The notes under the pieces were generated by a model that saw only the letters and a list, made by a program, of their open reading frames with translations, made no database searches and was not told the origin of the DNA. Position numbers and translations under genes: made by a program. A stretch of DNA of 64,000 bases, taken from positions 68,200,001 through 68,264,000 of the forward strand of contig OX597824.1 of assembly GCA_951406725.2 (NCBI GenBank), in the 5' to 3' direction. How positions within the stretch are numbered: position 1 is the first letter of the stretch; the number at the start of each line of letters is the position of its first letter. Source of the DNA: Octopus vulgaris. Its lineage: Eukaryota. Of the stretch, positions 1 to 11,519 are shown one piece after another.

Positions 1-479
1 AGCCCCTTGTGGGTAATAAAGAAATAGGTATAATATTTCTATGTAGAGCAAGTGTTGACTGAGATACAGGGGTCCCGGACAGACAGAAAAAATTTTGCTT
101 GTATTATTATAGATGGTTTAAGTTGATAAAGTGTGATCGTGAGACCACACACAGGGATCCTTCTTTGGTTTTTGCCAGATACATTTAAAAGCTTCGATGA
201 TAGGAAGGACAACCATTAGTTTTATCTTCATTGAAATTCTCAAGGATCTTATATCACTGTTCATGATTAGACTCAAATGAATCTGGCTCTATGAAAGCTG
301 TATTGGTGGTCACTCAGAATGGAAAGAAAGTTGACTGATTTTAATCGCCCTGTTTATTTTTAGGATGTTAGATAATAGATCAGCTGTTTACAGGGTCAGA
401 GAAGTTATTATACTTCTTGGGGAGGTCCGTTCACAGAAAATAATTAATGAATCTGTGATTTTGAAAAAGTGATGAGTCA

Positions 480-745
480 TCAACTTTATCATTTAATGTC
501 TGTTTTCCATGTTTGTATGAGGCGGAGATGTCTGCCCCATTACGGTGTATCACCACTTGTTGCGCTCCATTGCCATCATCTTCGTGAAGTTTACCAACCC
601 GAGATCATCTATTTTGCAGACTACTATTTCGGTCATTTGTTTCTTCATCTTACAGAAGTTTTTCATACGCATCAGTTGTCCATGCCAACAGTTTTCCCTC
701 TTGAACATTAGTGACGATTCCTCAAATGCTAATTTTCTCTATAAG
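480..745 (-). mobile_element. Degraded 3' end of an RTE-type LINE
   Basis: The minus strand reads CWHGQLMRM..., followed by the tail catggaaaacagacattaaatgat shared with the other RTE 3' ends in the window. Confidence 0.45.
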
Positions 746-762
746 TTCACTTTATTCCTTCA

Positions 763-1152
763 CTAGCAGTAGCGCCCGGCATTGCTCGGGTTTGTTTCGA
801 CCCTTTAGAATTGGAATTTTTGAAAAGTAAAAATTTTGCATTATGTAGCTTGTTATTTTCTTTAAGTGAATATTTTTCTGGTTGAAATACACCGAAAAAT
901 GGCGACACAGCAGTAAAAAAATCGTTAAAAATAGGGATTTTCATAGAAAAAAAGCACCTTTTTGATGTTAATAATTTTTGGTGTTAACATGGTCCGATTT
1001 GAATTTTATCTTCTACGGAAGGAAGAACAAGCCTTCTTCTATCATACTCTCAATTTTGGTCAACTTGCGCTGCAGGGTTTCGGAGGAGATAGTGTTAGTC
1101 GAAGGCTACCAAACCTGCCATACACAGACAACTTCAGCTTTATATAGAGAGA
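763..1152 (-). mobile_element. Non-autonomous Helitron
   Basis: On the minus strand it begins A|TC(tctctatata) and ends with the hairpin CCCGagcaatgcCGGG, a short spacer, then CTAG|T. These are canonical Helitron termini with an A/T insertion site and no TSD. Confidence 0.7.
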
Positions 1153-1892
1153 TTTACACTGGAGTATGACCGCATCAGTTGTTCCTGGATTTTGCGCATC
1201 CTCCCCATTCAGTAAGTGGATTATTCAAGGGAAACGCAGAGAAAGAAAGAGAGAGAAGAGGAAGAGAAAAAGAGAGATTGTGACAGAGAGATTGAGTGAG
1301 AGAGAAGGAAAGCAAGAGTGATATAGATTGAAAGAACAAGAAAATAAAAGACAGAAAAGAAAAGAAAAGTCTGAGGAAAAAAAGAGAAATAGGTAAATGC
1401 GGAAAAGTTAGTTAGAGAGAGAGAGAGAGTAGTAAGTGTGCAAAAGTTAGCCAAAGAGGGAAGAAGAGGAGAAAGAGTAATAAGAGTGTAAGAGTTAATG
1501 AGTGAGACCGAGAGATTCAGAAAAAGGTAAAGCGAGAGTTGGAGAGAGATAAAAGTGGAAAGAGAGAGATATAAAGAGAGAGGGAGAGAGAGAGTGTGAG
1601 AGAGAGGTGTTAGACTGCGTGCGTTGTTGCATAAGTATGTGACAGGAGAGTGAATGTATGTGTGAACACGTTGAAAAGTGAACGTGTGAGTCAGTTTGAA
1701 AGACAAAAACAATGAATAAATGAATGAATGAACTATTGGAGAGAAAGACTAGGAAATTTAATAGAGAAAACAAGCGAAAATAATAACAACAAAGAACAAG
1801 AGAATGACAGAAAGTTATAGGAATAGATTGGTAAAGAGAGAAATAAAAGAAGATAACTCTGTCTCTTTCCTTTCCGAAGCAGACGACATTAG

Positions 1893-1939
1893 TGCGCATG
1901 CGCACAGGATGACGTGAGTGGAGTCCCAAGATGGCTGCC
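1893..1939 (+). promoter_or_regulatory. Putative TRIP11 core/proximal promoter with NRF1, CRE/ATF-like and YY1 motifs
   Basis: Perfect NRF1 palindrome TGCGCATGCGCA at 1893-1904, TGACGTG at 1910-1916 and YY1 consensus CAAGATGGCTGCC at 1927-1939, in a locally CpG-rich patch ~330 nt upstream of the TRIP11 ATG. This cluster is typical of housekeeping TSSs. Confidence 0.7.
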
Positions 1940-2269
1940 GTCGTGTTGGCAAATTTGAGTTGGAAAACTGTTACATCAGCAGTGTGTACAGGAGCTGTGT
2001 TGTCCGGTCGTTGTCTTCGTTGTCTATCGGCATGTTTGTATTTATCACCGAAAGTAAACACATTAGGGGAATTATATTTTCGAAATTAAAAAAAAAAAAA
2101 ACAGAAAAGAAATACACCGCAAACAAACAAACAAACGAAAGACAAGCAACAACAACAGCAGGAGAACAACTATAACAACAACAAACATTAATAACAACAA
2201 TTAATATCAATAACAACAACAACACATACGTACGCACATACACACACATACCTACACAGTGATACAACC

Positions 2270-2363
2270 ATGTCGTGGCTTGGTGGAAGTATCTCCACAA
2301 TTACTGGTCAGTTGTCCAACTTTACCAAAGATATATTGACAGAGGGTACAGAGGAAGTTAGTG
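2270..2363 (+). CDS. TRIP11: TRIP11/GMAP-210 golgin, coding exon 1 (ALPS-like amphipathic N-terminus)
   Basis: ACCATG start; encodes MSWLGGSISTITGQLSNFTKDILTEGTEEVS+G, matching the GMAP-210 N-terminus (MSSWLGG...[20 protein letters not shown], recalled). Donor GTACGT at 2364, phase 1. Confidence 0.93.
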
Positions 2364-4890
2364 GTACGTACACAATATCCACATATCCCACCCTCCGCTG
2401 CTCTCCCCCTCCACATTCATATTATATATATATATATATATATATATAATATGTTTATCATACAAATGTAACAGTCACACTTTATCCGCTATTTTGTTTG
2501 TATGTGTTATCGCTTGTATTTCTTCACTCAGCCGGCATTTTCACAATGTTTGTTTTTTTATGCCCCCACCAATAATTAATAACAACACACCCTTCCTCTT
2601 TATATATATATATCATCATCATTGTCTATATTGGTTGTTGAATGTTACGTATGTAGTGCCTGAGAAAGTAGACGGGTTGGTCGAAGTTGGAACGCTCATG
2701 GACTAGACATCAGAATTACCACCGTTACTCAAATATGTATGTATACACACACACTCACATGTCTACATTGGTTGCGGTGTTAAGTATATAGGTCCTGAAA
2801 AAAAAAAGATGGATGGTCATTGTTGGAACGCTTTTGATTATTACTCTGTTCGGTCATCAGCATTATTACGCCACGTATATAAATATATATATGATCAAAG
2901 GCTTAGTCGTGGGCTAGACATCAACATTATCACCGTATATATTAGGCAATTCGTCATCGAGCTTGCTAAACATAACAGCTAAATCCCCCTCGAATCACAC
3001 ACATCATCGTCTTATGTTTCGTTTGTCAGCTGCGTCTTCTTTGGTCGAAAGTTAAAAGTACTTGTTTACTTCCTTCTCACCGTTAATGGTAATACAGGTA
3101 ACTGTAAAGAGTGCCAATATCTCTCTTATCAACACCTCACCTGGCTTCCATACACCTTGATAAGTCACATATTTAACTCTGTGTGTATATATATATATAC
3201 ACGTACATACATACATGTGTATGTGTACGTTCACGTTCAGGCCCATCCAGGTGAGACGAAGGGAGCTTCTGTCTGGTCACCCTACATACTAGAAATGGCT
3301 GCTGAACTCTCCCTCATCATTACTCAAGCCCTAGATAGCAATAAATAAGGATGGGATGGTTATGGTTGGAATGTTTTTGATCACAGGTCTGCTCGGTTAG
3401 AGTTGAGTACCTTTTGTGTGTGTGTATTTATGTATAATCTATAAAAAGGGGGCGTTAACCTCCAGGGTTTAGCATGGGTCCAGTATGAGCTGTCCAGCGA
3501 TATCTTTTGGATAAAAGCCTGTCCTGTCTTTGTATCTCTGACTCTTTATATAGCTTTGGCCTTCCTTTTCTTTTTGGATGCCAAGTACTTTTGGTAACAC
3601 AGGTAATCGTGTTCGAAAAACATACACACATATATATGTATTCAAAACACACCTCGTGTAGGTGTTCGACATGGTGTGTGTGTCATATACAAGCTGAGTT
3701 TGTTTAGGTCTCACTGCTGTCGTCCACCGTCAGCAATGACTTACATATCTCGTTGACGTGTAAAAAAACATTTAAGCGCTGATTTATACCAATATGGACT
3801 ATATATATATAACCCACCACCTCCATCCCTCAATGTGTCTCTTTTGCTCTCTCCCTCCCTCACTGTGTCTCTTTTGCTCTCTCCTTCCCTCTCTGTATGT
3901 CTATATACCTCACTCTCTCTCTCTATTCACTTAAACTTATTATTCTTCTTTTGTTTATAGAACTCTGTGTTTCACCTGAGTTTTTTCTTCGCAAAACGCA
4001 AGGAAAACTTTGGCACTGACTTTGAAATTTATCTCTGCTAGTTTCATATTACTCTTTCTAAATGTATTATGCTTCTTCAGTAAATGCTTAACTGTATTTA
4101 ACTATACTTAATTTTGCGTTTAAAAAAAAAAAACCTCCGAAAAACGTCAATATGTATATTTATCTAACTCCCCATATCTCTGTCTTTCTCAGTTTACTTA
4201 ATTACCAGTTGTTGGAAATAAGTCTTTCGAAGTCCCACACTTCAAGGGAAATTAGAATTGTTTTTTTTTTCCTACTTTTATTTCTTTTTAGATTTCCTTT
4301 CCCATCATGTATGGGACTTCGAGGGACTGCCATTTAATCTGTGCGTTCGTTTATTTACCTTTCTCTTATATATATATATGTACGTGTGTTTATGCGTATA
4401 TATATGTGTGTGGAACCTTCTCTCTTTCGTAGTATGTGACTTAAGTGTCATAAACTGCTAGCCAACAAAACATCGAGTCATAATAACCACGTCAACAAAA
4501 CGATGTGTAATCAAACTGTTTTCATTTTCGTAGTGATTAAGCCAACTCAGAATGTATTGGATGGCGTACAGTTAAAATATGTATAAAAATATACCACAAA
4601 TAAACTTTAAACGACGAAATGATATTTAAAAAAAAAACAGTCTCACTATTTTTAGATAGAAAGGAGCTCTGTTTTCATACATACACACGCAAGTTGTGTC
4701 ATAGTAAGGGCGCGTAACTATGCCAGCTTAAAGAGATTTCTAAAATCGGGGTGCTCCCCCCTTTTGGTTAAGCGCGTTTGTCTGAATGTTTGTGTATATA
4801 TAATGCGCCTACATACATATAATGCACATGTACGTATGTTGTTTATTTATGAATATGTGTGTGTGTACATAATTATCGTTTAACGTCCGC

Positions 4891-5294
4891 GGATCTCTTC
4901 GGTTTGAACGGCAGTTTTTTCTAGCGGTGTCATATGAAATTGTCACCCATAATTATGACCCTAGTATCGATCTATTGCATTTCAATCTGTTTTAGGTTTA
5001 GGGTTAGGGCGGGGGGAATGGTATCTTTTTTTCTTCAGAAATGTAAATAAACCCAATCTGTTTCTTAATCGAGGGACATATTCATAGGGCACAGAATGTT
5101 TTCACCTCAATAGATGTCATTGATTGGTTGAAATTGAAGAAAAAACAACAGATATCTTACAAACAATAGAATTTTCTCACTAAAGCCAAGAGAAAAGATG
5201 TTTTATAAACACATTCTACCAGTATACGAAGTTTAAAAGCGTTTAGATTCGTGGAAATTATTTTTAAAATCTGCCGTTCAAACCGAAAAGATCC
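4891..5294. mobile_element. MITE with GGATC(T) termini, ~24-bp TIRs, internal TTAGGG tract and 8-bp TSD
   Basis: TIRs ggatctcttcggtttgaacggcag / ctgccgttcaaaccgaaaagatcc. Flanks acgtccgc (4883-4890) and acatctgc (5295-5302) differ only by two CpG transitions. It interrupts an RTE 3'-end repeat. Confidence 0.8.
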
Positions 5295-6038
5295 ACATCT
5301 GCCTTACATGCTGGCACAGGTTGGACGGTTTGACAGGACTAGGCCAGGCAGAAGACTGCACCAGATTTCTGTCTGTTTTGGCATGGTGTGTAAGGCTAGA
5401 TGCCCTTTCTAACACCAACCACCACGCAGACTGGATTGAGTGCTTTTTACGTGGCACCAGCACAAGCGAAGTCAGTTTTAGCATGGTTTTTACTGCTGGA
5501 TGCCCTTCCAAATGCCGACCACTACAGAGTGGACTGAATGCTCTTTACGTCACACATACACAGTTTAATGTGAAAATATAATTTCCTACCTTTTACATAA
5601 ATATATGTATCATCACATTAAGTCCATTTTCCATTCTGGCACGGGCTAGATGGTTTGATAGGAGCTGGCAAGCCAGAGGACTTTACCAAGCTCCACTCTC
5701 TGCTTTGGCATGGTTTCTATGGCTAAATGCCCTTCCTAATGCCAACCACTTTACAAAATTTACTGGGTGCTTTTTAAGTGGCACCAACACTAGCATGGGC
5801 ATCAAATAATTCATAGGACAAAGACCCACCTCAGCTGAAAGTGGGGAGTGATATTGAGGGAAATGGCTTTGTGCCACATGATGAATGGTTTAGCTACAAT
5901 AGAAGGACAGAAATAGATGTCTTGCTGTAGAGGAGATACATGGTTGCCTCAGTTGGAAGAGAAAGGGAGAGAGAGAGAGAAGATGGTGGTGAAAATATGC
6001 AAGGGCTTACACTCAGTGTTTCAGGATATGAATGTGAG

Positions 6039-6270
6039 AAGGCAGTGAACTGGTAGAATCATTAGCAGCCGGGTGAAATGCTTAGCAGTATTTCGTCTGC
6101 CATTACGTTCTGAGTTCAAATTCGGCCAAGGTCGACTTTGCCTTTCATCCTTTCGGGTTCAATAAATTAAGTACCAGTTACGCACTGGGGTCGATGTAAT
6201 CAACTTAATCCGTTTGTCTGTCCTTGTTTGTCCCCTGTATGTTTAACCCCTTTGGGTAATAATGAAACAG
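6039..6270 (+). mobile_element. tRNA-derived SINE, family B (central gcctttcatcctttcggggtcgataaattaagtacc domain)
   Basis: B-box GAGTTCAAATTC and a conserved central domain. Related copies at ~8305-8516(-), 14918-15144(-), 31365-31520(+), 35812-36030(-), 47245-47450(-), 49791-50028(+), 63633-63810(+), plus a tail at 1-28. Confidence 0.8.
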
Positions 6271-7293
6271 AATGTGAGTGGTACAAAAGATTGGACAGGA
6301 TGAGTGCACAGGGAGTTTACGAGTGTGTGAAAAAGGAGCAGAAGATAGAGAGAGGAGAGTAAGGGAAATGCAGTGAGTGGTGAACATGGGTATATACAGG
6401 AACTGCAGAATTGCACTAATACAGTTGGCAGGAGGAGGAGAGGAAAGAGAGATGATATAGTTATGTTTGACTGCAGGAGCAGGAGTGGGGAAACAAGGAC
6501 AAGCATAGGTGAAGGATGAAAGATACTTTGGTTCATTGTGATAGGGTGTGAATTATTGCAGTGTTGGGCTGTAGGAGCAGCAGGGAGAGACAAGCATAGT
6601 GCTTGATGAGATGTGGTTTGGTTCATGTTAGGGGTGGGTGAAGTATTGTAATGTGTGGGTGGAGAGCACTCCTAGAACCATTTTGCTGAGGTGAGCTGGT
6701 CTTCTGAAGAATGTCATATCACCAGACATCTCGGTCCATTATCATCCCCTCTGTGAGGCTCAACATCTTGAGATTGGCTCTCACAACTTCATTCCAAGTC
6801 TCCCTGCAGCTGAAATTAATATACGTATAAAATCATTGATGGTTTAGGAATGTATTCAATTTATATTTTCACACAAGTGTCAGGAAGGGAATCAGTCCTC
6901 GGAGTCTTGATTATGCTAGAAATGCTAGCTAAGTCATCCTCAAATCTTTTTGTCTAATGTAGTCCTGGTTACACTATGTCTGAATAATAATCAGAATAGT
7001 TATGACTGAAATGTTTGGAGCAACAATTAGAGTGGAGCTTGTATTTGGTCACTTGAACTTCTAAAAATAACAGTAAAATCTTCCTCAAGTCACACTCTAC
7101 CATCTTAGAAAATGGCATAATGGATATTATTGTCCAGGGGTTCCTGTTCATAGGGGAAAGATGTGTTGGTCACAATTGGAGTGCCTTTGATCATGTTTAC
7201 TCAGTTGTGGTTGACCCTGAAGCTAAACACCAAAAATGTGTTTTAAATGAAAGAGTTGATAATAAAGTTGAACTTTAGACCTATGACATATTC

Positions 7294-7932
7294 AGATCTT
7301 TACCTTTTGACTACAGATTTAAATAATAATTTTTTGTAACTAAACACTTTCAAACTTCAGACACTGGTAGAATGTGTCATATAAAACGTGTTTTAATCTT
7401 AGCATTTTTGAGAAAAACTTATATTTACGAAGTTATTTCACCTTAAAGTTTTCGTATTTCGGTAATTTCAACCAATCAATGACGTGTATTCAGCTGAATA
7501 AAATTATTGCCGCTGTTTGTCAACAACAACTATTGGCAGTGTATTTTTCGGTTGTCACTGTTATTTATGACATTGTTTGTGCGTTTGTACTGGTTTTAAG
7601 GTGTTAGGGTTTTAGGGTTAGAGTTTTGGGGTTAGGGTTTTAGGTTTAGGGTTGTCATAAATAACAGTGACAAACAAAATATACACCGCCGGAAGTTCTT
7701 GTTGACAAACAACAGCAGTAATTTTATTCAGCTGAATACACGATATTGATTGGTTGAAATTACCGAAATATGAGAACTTTAAGGTGAAATATCTTTGTAA
7801 ATATAAGTTTTTCTCAAAAATGCTAAGAGTAAAAGATGTTTTATATGACACATTCTACTAGTGTCCGAAGTTTGAAAGTGTTTAGTTACAAAAAATTATT
7901 TTTTAAATCTGTAGGTCAAAAGGTAAAGATCC
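7294..7932. mobile_element. Fold-back MITE with ~278-bp inverted arms and a telomere-like spacer
   Basis: Arms ~7295-7572 and ~7653-7931 are reverse complements, seen as the mirror ORFs 7374+ and 7618-. The spacer holds TTAGGG variants. Termini (g)GATCT...AGATCC; degenerate 8-bp TSD acatattc/ccatactc. Confidence 0.85.
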
Positions 7933-8863
7933 CCATACTCTGCCCCTGATGTTTTCCCAATTATAAACAAGTATCACACTGTCCAGACTTGTTACCATCA
8001 CAAGCAGTTGCTAAGTTCAACTTCTACTGTTGCTGGTATGAATTGCATCCCACAAAATGACCAGTTGACTGCCAGGCATGGAGTTACTAACCAACACACC
8101 ACTTCAATCTCTGGCCAACGAACCTATTGTCTTCTCTGTCTGCCTTTTCTGTTGCTACAACTGGTTATTGCTTCTTGAAGATGGCTGGTCTTGTGTCATC
8201 TCCACCCAAGCATGCATACTTTGCTCACTCATTTCTCTTTCTCATACCACCTCTCCTCCAGGATTTCATGAACTACTATATTTAATTAATTCAGTCCATG
8301 ATATTGATTTCAAATTTTGGCACAAGGCCAACAATTTCAGGGGAGTGAGTAAGTCGATTACATTGACCTCAGTATTCAACTGGTACTTATTTTATTTACC
8401 CCAAAAGGATGAAAAGCAAAATCGACCTCAGCAGGATTTGAACTCAAAATGTAATGATAGATGAAATACTGCTAAGCATTTTATCTGGTGAGCTAATGAT
8501 TTTACTAGTTCACCGCATTCATCCACCCCATCACAGAATAAATTTCGGTGTGTAAAATTCTATCTTGCTAGGTGACGGAAAAGATCTTCTTATGATATTA
8601 GGTATTAAAAACCACTGTGGTCTTGATGTGGTGGATAGATGTGATCCATGTCTTGAGAACATAGTCCTAGGAACATAGGTGCTGGGGGTGGAAATGCACC
8701 CATTAAAATTTTTGTGGGGCACTTGCAGTATCAGGCTTTAAAAAAAAGTTATGTCCTAGGATCAATTTGCTTGACTAAAATCCTTCAAGGTGCTGCTCCA
8801 GCATGGCCACAGTCAAATGACTGAAACAAGTAAAAGTGTAAAGAGTAATTATATATATATGTA

Positions 8864-8923
<60 letters not shown>

Positions 8924-9239
8924 TGTCCGGCATTCGCCATGATATATCCTTAGCCACTATACCTTTTCTATTTTCTCTCACTGTTTATTTCTGTGTTCCT
9001 TTCTGTCAAAGAGCGTAGGCTCAAAACGTAAGACTTTCAGATATGGAGATAAGAGCAAATAAACAAATAAACCATGGGCTAGAAATACAAAATATACATA
9101 TATACATGATATGGAGATAATGAAGCAAATAAACAAATAAATATATATATAACCACTTGGGGCTAGAAATACAAAATATACATATATACATGTAAGTAGA
9201 GGAAGATACGAAAATACGACTGAAGATATTCAGATGATG

Positions 9240-9274
<35 letters not shown>

Positions 9275-9446
9275 CGTAAGGGGGATCAGCCATCTGAATG
9301 TGGCTAGGGACAGGGCGGGGTGGTGGGGGTGTTACTGATGCATTTAGCCCCAGGCGATCATCGACGTCACCAGAAGGACCGACACCATCACGGTGTCCTT
9401 GCTAGCCTGTAAAGGGAGATCAGCCTCCCCGAAGATACGGATACTA

Positions 9447-9489
9447 CATACGGACCGGTTTCGAGGTAATTGCCTCTTATCAACGCATG
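9447..9489 (-). ncRNA. Minimal type I hammerhead ribozyme, U3-A8 core variant (copy 1)
   Basis: Minus strand: CAUGCG-UUGAUAA-GAGG(caauua)CCUC-GAAAC-CG-GUC^CGUAUG. Stem I is 6 bp, stem II is 4 bp, stem III is the palindrome ACCGGU, and the cleavage triplet is GUC. Confidence 0.75.
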
Positions 9490-9806
9490 GTAAGCACCGT
9501 TCTTCGATGAGGGACTCTCTCTACAGGCTGCATATATAAGGATTTTCACAGTAACCACAGTCACTGATGTAGAAAAACCGTTCGAAAACAATAATAAATC
9601 TCTGAGCGAGATATAAACAGTAACTGCTCTATAACGTAAGGGGGATCAGCCATCTGAATGTGGCTAGGGACAGGGCGGGGTGGTGGGGGTGTTACTGATG
9701 CATTTAGCCCCAGGCGATCATCGACGTCACCAAAAGGACCGACACCATCACGGTGTCCTTGCTAGCCTGTAAAGGGAGATCAGCCTCCCCGAAGATACGG
9801 ATACTA

Positions 9807-9849
9807 CATACGGACCGGTTTCGAGGTAATTGCCTCTTATCAACGCATG
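9807..9849 (-). ncRNA. Minimal type I hammerhead ribozyme, U3-A8 core variant (copy 2)
   Basis: Identical motif 360 nt away from copy 1. Confidence 0.75.
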
Positions 9850-10142
9850 GTATGCACCGTTCTTCGATGAGGGACTCTCTCTACAGGCTGCATATATAAG
9901 GATTTTCACAGTAACCACAGTCACTGATGTAGAAAAACCGTTCGAAAACAATAACATTCCTGTAGCTTAGTGGTTCAGCAAAAGAATAAGTATTAGGCTT
10001 ACTAAATTAAGTCCTGGGGTCAATTTGCTTGACTAAAGGTGGTGCTCCAGCATGGCCACAGTCAAATGACTGAAACAAGTAAAAGTGTAAAGAGTAATTA
10101 TATATATATGTATGTGTGTGTATATATATATATACACACACA

Positions 10143-10337
10143 TGTCCGGCATTCGCCATGATAGATCGCTTGCCACTAAACCTTTTTCTATTTTCTCTCC
10201 CTGTTTATTTCTGTGTTCCTTTCTGTCAAAGAGCGTAGGCTCGAAACGTAAAAGACTTTCTCACTTCCCGAGAGTTAAACTAATACATCTGTTCGTTGTT
10301 TACACACCTGTCTTTGTCTTTTTTTTTTTGTAAATTC

Positions 10338-10343
<6 letters not shown>
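10143..10343 (+). mobile_element. Short Penelope-LTR-like repeat with a degenerate hammerhead
   Basis: cttt-CTGTCAA-A-GAGC(gtag)GCTC-GAAAC-GTA-aaag at 10219-10254 keeps hammerhead topology but has a mutated core. Related copies at ~8923-9038 and ~14215-14418. Confidence 0.55.
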
Positions 10344-10412
<69 letters not shown>

Positions 10413-10419
10413 TCGTAAC

Positions 10420-10504
<85 letters not shown>

Positions 10505-10702
10505 CTTATATATCTTTTTTTTTCATGGATAGTGTATATTAGGTATGCTATAAAATGTGTCCTCCCTTTTTTTTGTTTGACTAATTGATTTCAATAAGAT
10601 TTGGTTGCTATTTCTAGCAGCTGCAGAATACACTCACTTTGTAATTCCATTTAACACAATCATAACCATAACCATACTCATTCTCATTATGTAAAATTTC
10701 AG

Positions 10703-10779
10703 ATCATGTGACTGAATTACATTTGGCACAGAAGAAAATCCAGGAACTGGAAAATACAACTTTGGCACTAAAATCTGAG
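10703..10779 (+). CDS. TRIP11: TRIP11 coding exon 2 (coiled coil)
   Basis: Acceptor tttcAG; (D)HVTELHLAQKKIQELENTTLALKSE; donor GTGAGT. Phase 1 in, phase 0 out, in frame with exons 1 and 3. Ends in LKSE like the vertebrate LRSE. Confidence 0.88.
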
Positions 10780-11519
10780 GTGAGTTGTGTTAGAATTATA
10801 TAGGGTGCAGCAAAAAGAAAACTCCCATATTCTCAATTGTTGGCCTAGCAAAATACGGGGGTTTTTTCTGCCTCACTATATTTATATAAAATATTCTATT
10901 TCAAGTGAAATTCCTGCAATGTTCTTTGCCCTTGTTCCCACTCACCATTGCGTGAAGAGTATTTCTTTGTTTTTAAATGATTGGTGACACCAATTAACTG
11001 GAAACGACTTTTAACGAGATGAAATAACTAGTAATGGTATTTCATGACATTATGACAGGACAAAGAAGCTTCTGTTGACTTTGTAACAGTTGGCAATGTG
11101 ACAGGACGGACAAGTCTCTGTCATATACAGTTACGTGTGTGTATGATTATATGTAATGTATATATATATATATATACTCGATATGTCTGTCTGTCTATAT
11201 ACATGTATATGTATATATGTGCATAAATACACACACACATTTACATATGTATGTTATATATAATGTCCAACTGATATAGCATAAAAAGAAAGCATATGTA
11301 AAGACAATGATGATATATTTACCTACACACTGTACAGACACATGCAATATATATATATATATATACACACACATGTATGTATATGTGTGTGCATATACAC
11401 ATATATGTACCTGTCTCTTTCCATACATGTGTGTGTGTATCTGTTTGTCTATCTCTCTCTCTTTATATATATATATATATACACACACACACTCTCACAT
11501 ATACACATACGCACACACT

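Larger units (their letters stand above)
9270..9954 (-). repeat. 360-bp tandem dimer (1.9 units), retrozyme / Penelope-LTR-like
   Basis: Units start at 9270 and 9630 (period exactly 360). I saw only two mismatches (9373/9733 and 9493/9853) over the 325 shared nt. CpG-rich, so young. Confidence 0.9.

Noticed and set aside
1221-2061. Minus-strand ORFs suggesting a divergent gene
   Set aside because: Derived from a GA-rich low-complexity tract. A divergent non-coding first exon cannot be excluded, but nothing supports it.
7374-7851. Pair of near-identical convergent 77-aa ORFs
   Set aside because: Mirror products of the MITE's inverted arms, not genes.
9388-9957. Duplicated 67-69 aa ORFs in the 360-bp repeat
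   Set aside because: No recognisable domain; the duplication simply follows the tandem repeat, and the constrained feature is the RNA structure.
10799-10880. Tiny TA-flanked inverted repeat just after exon 2
   Set aside because: Arms too degenerate to call a MITE with confidence.
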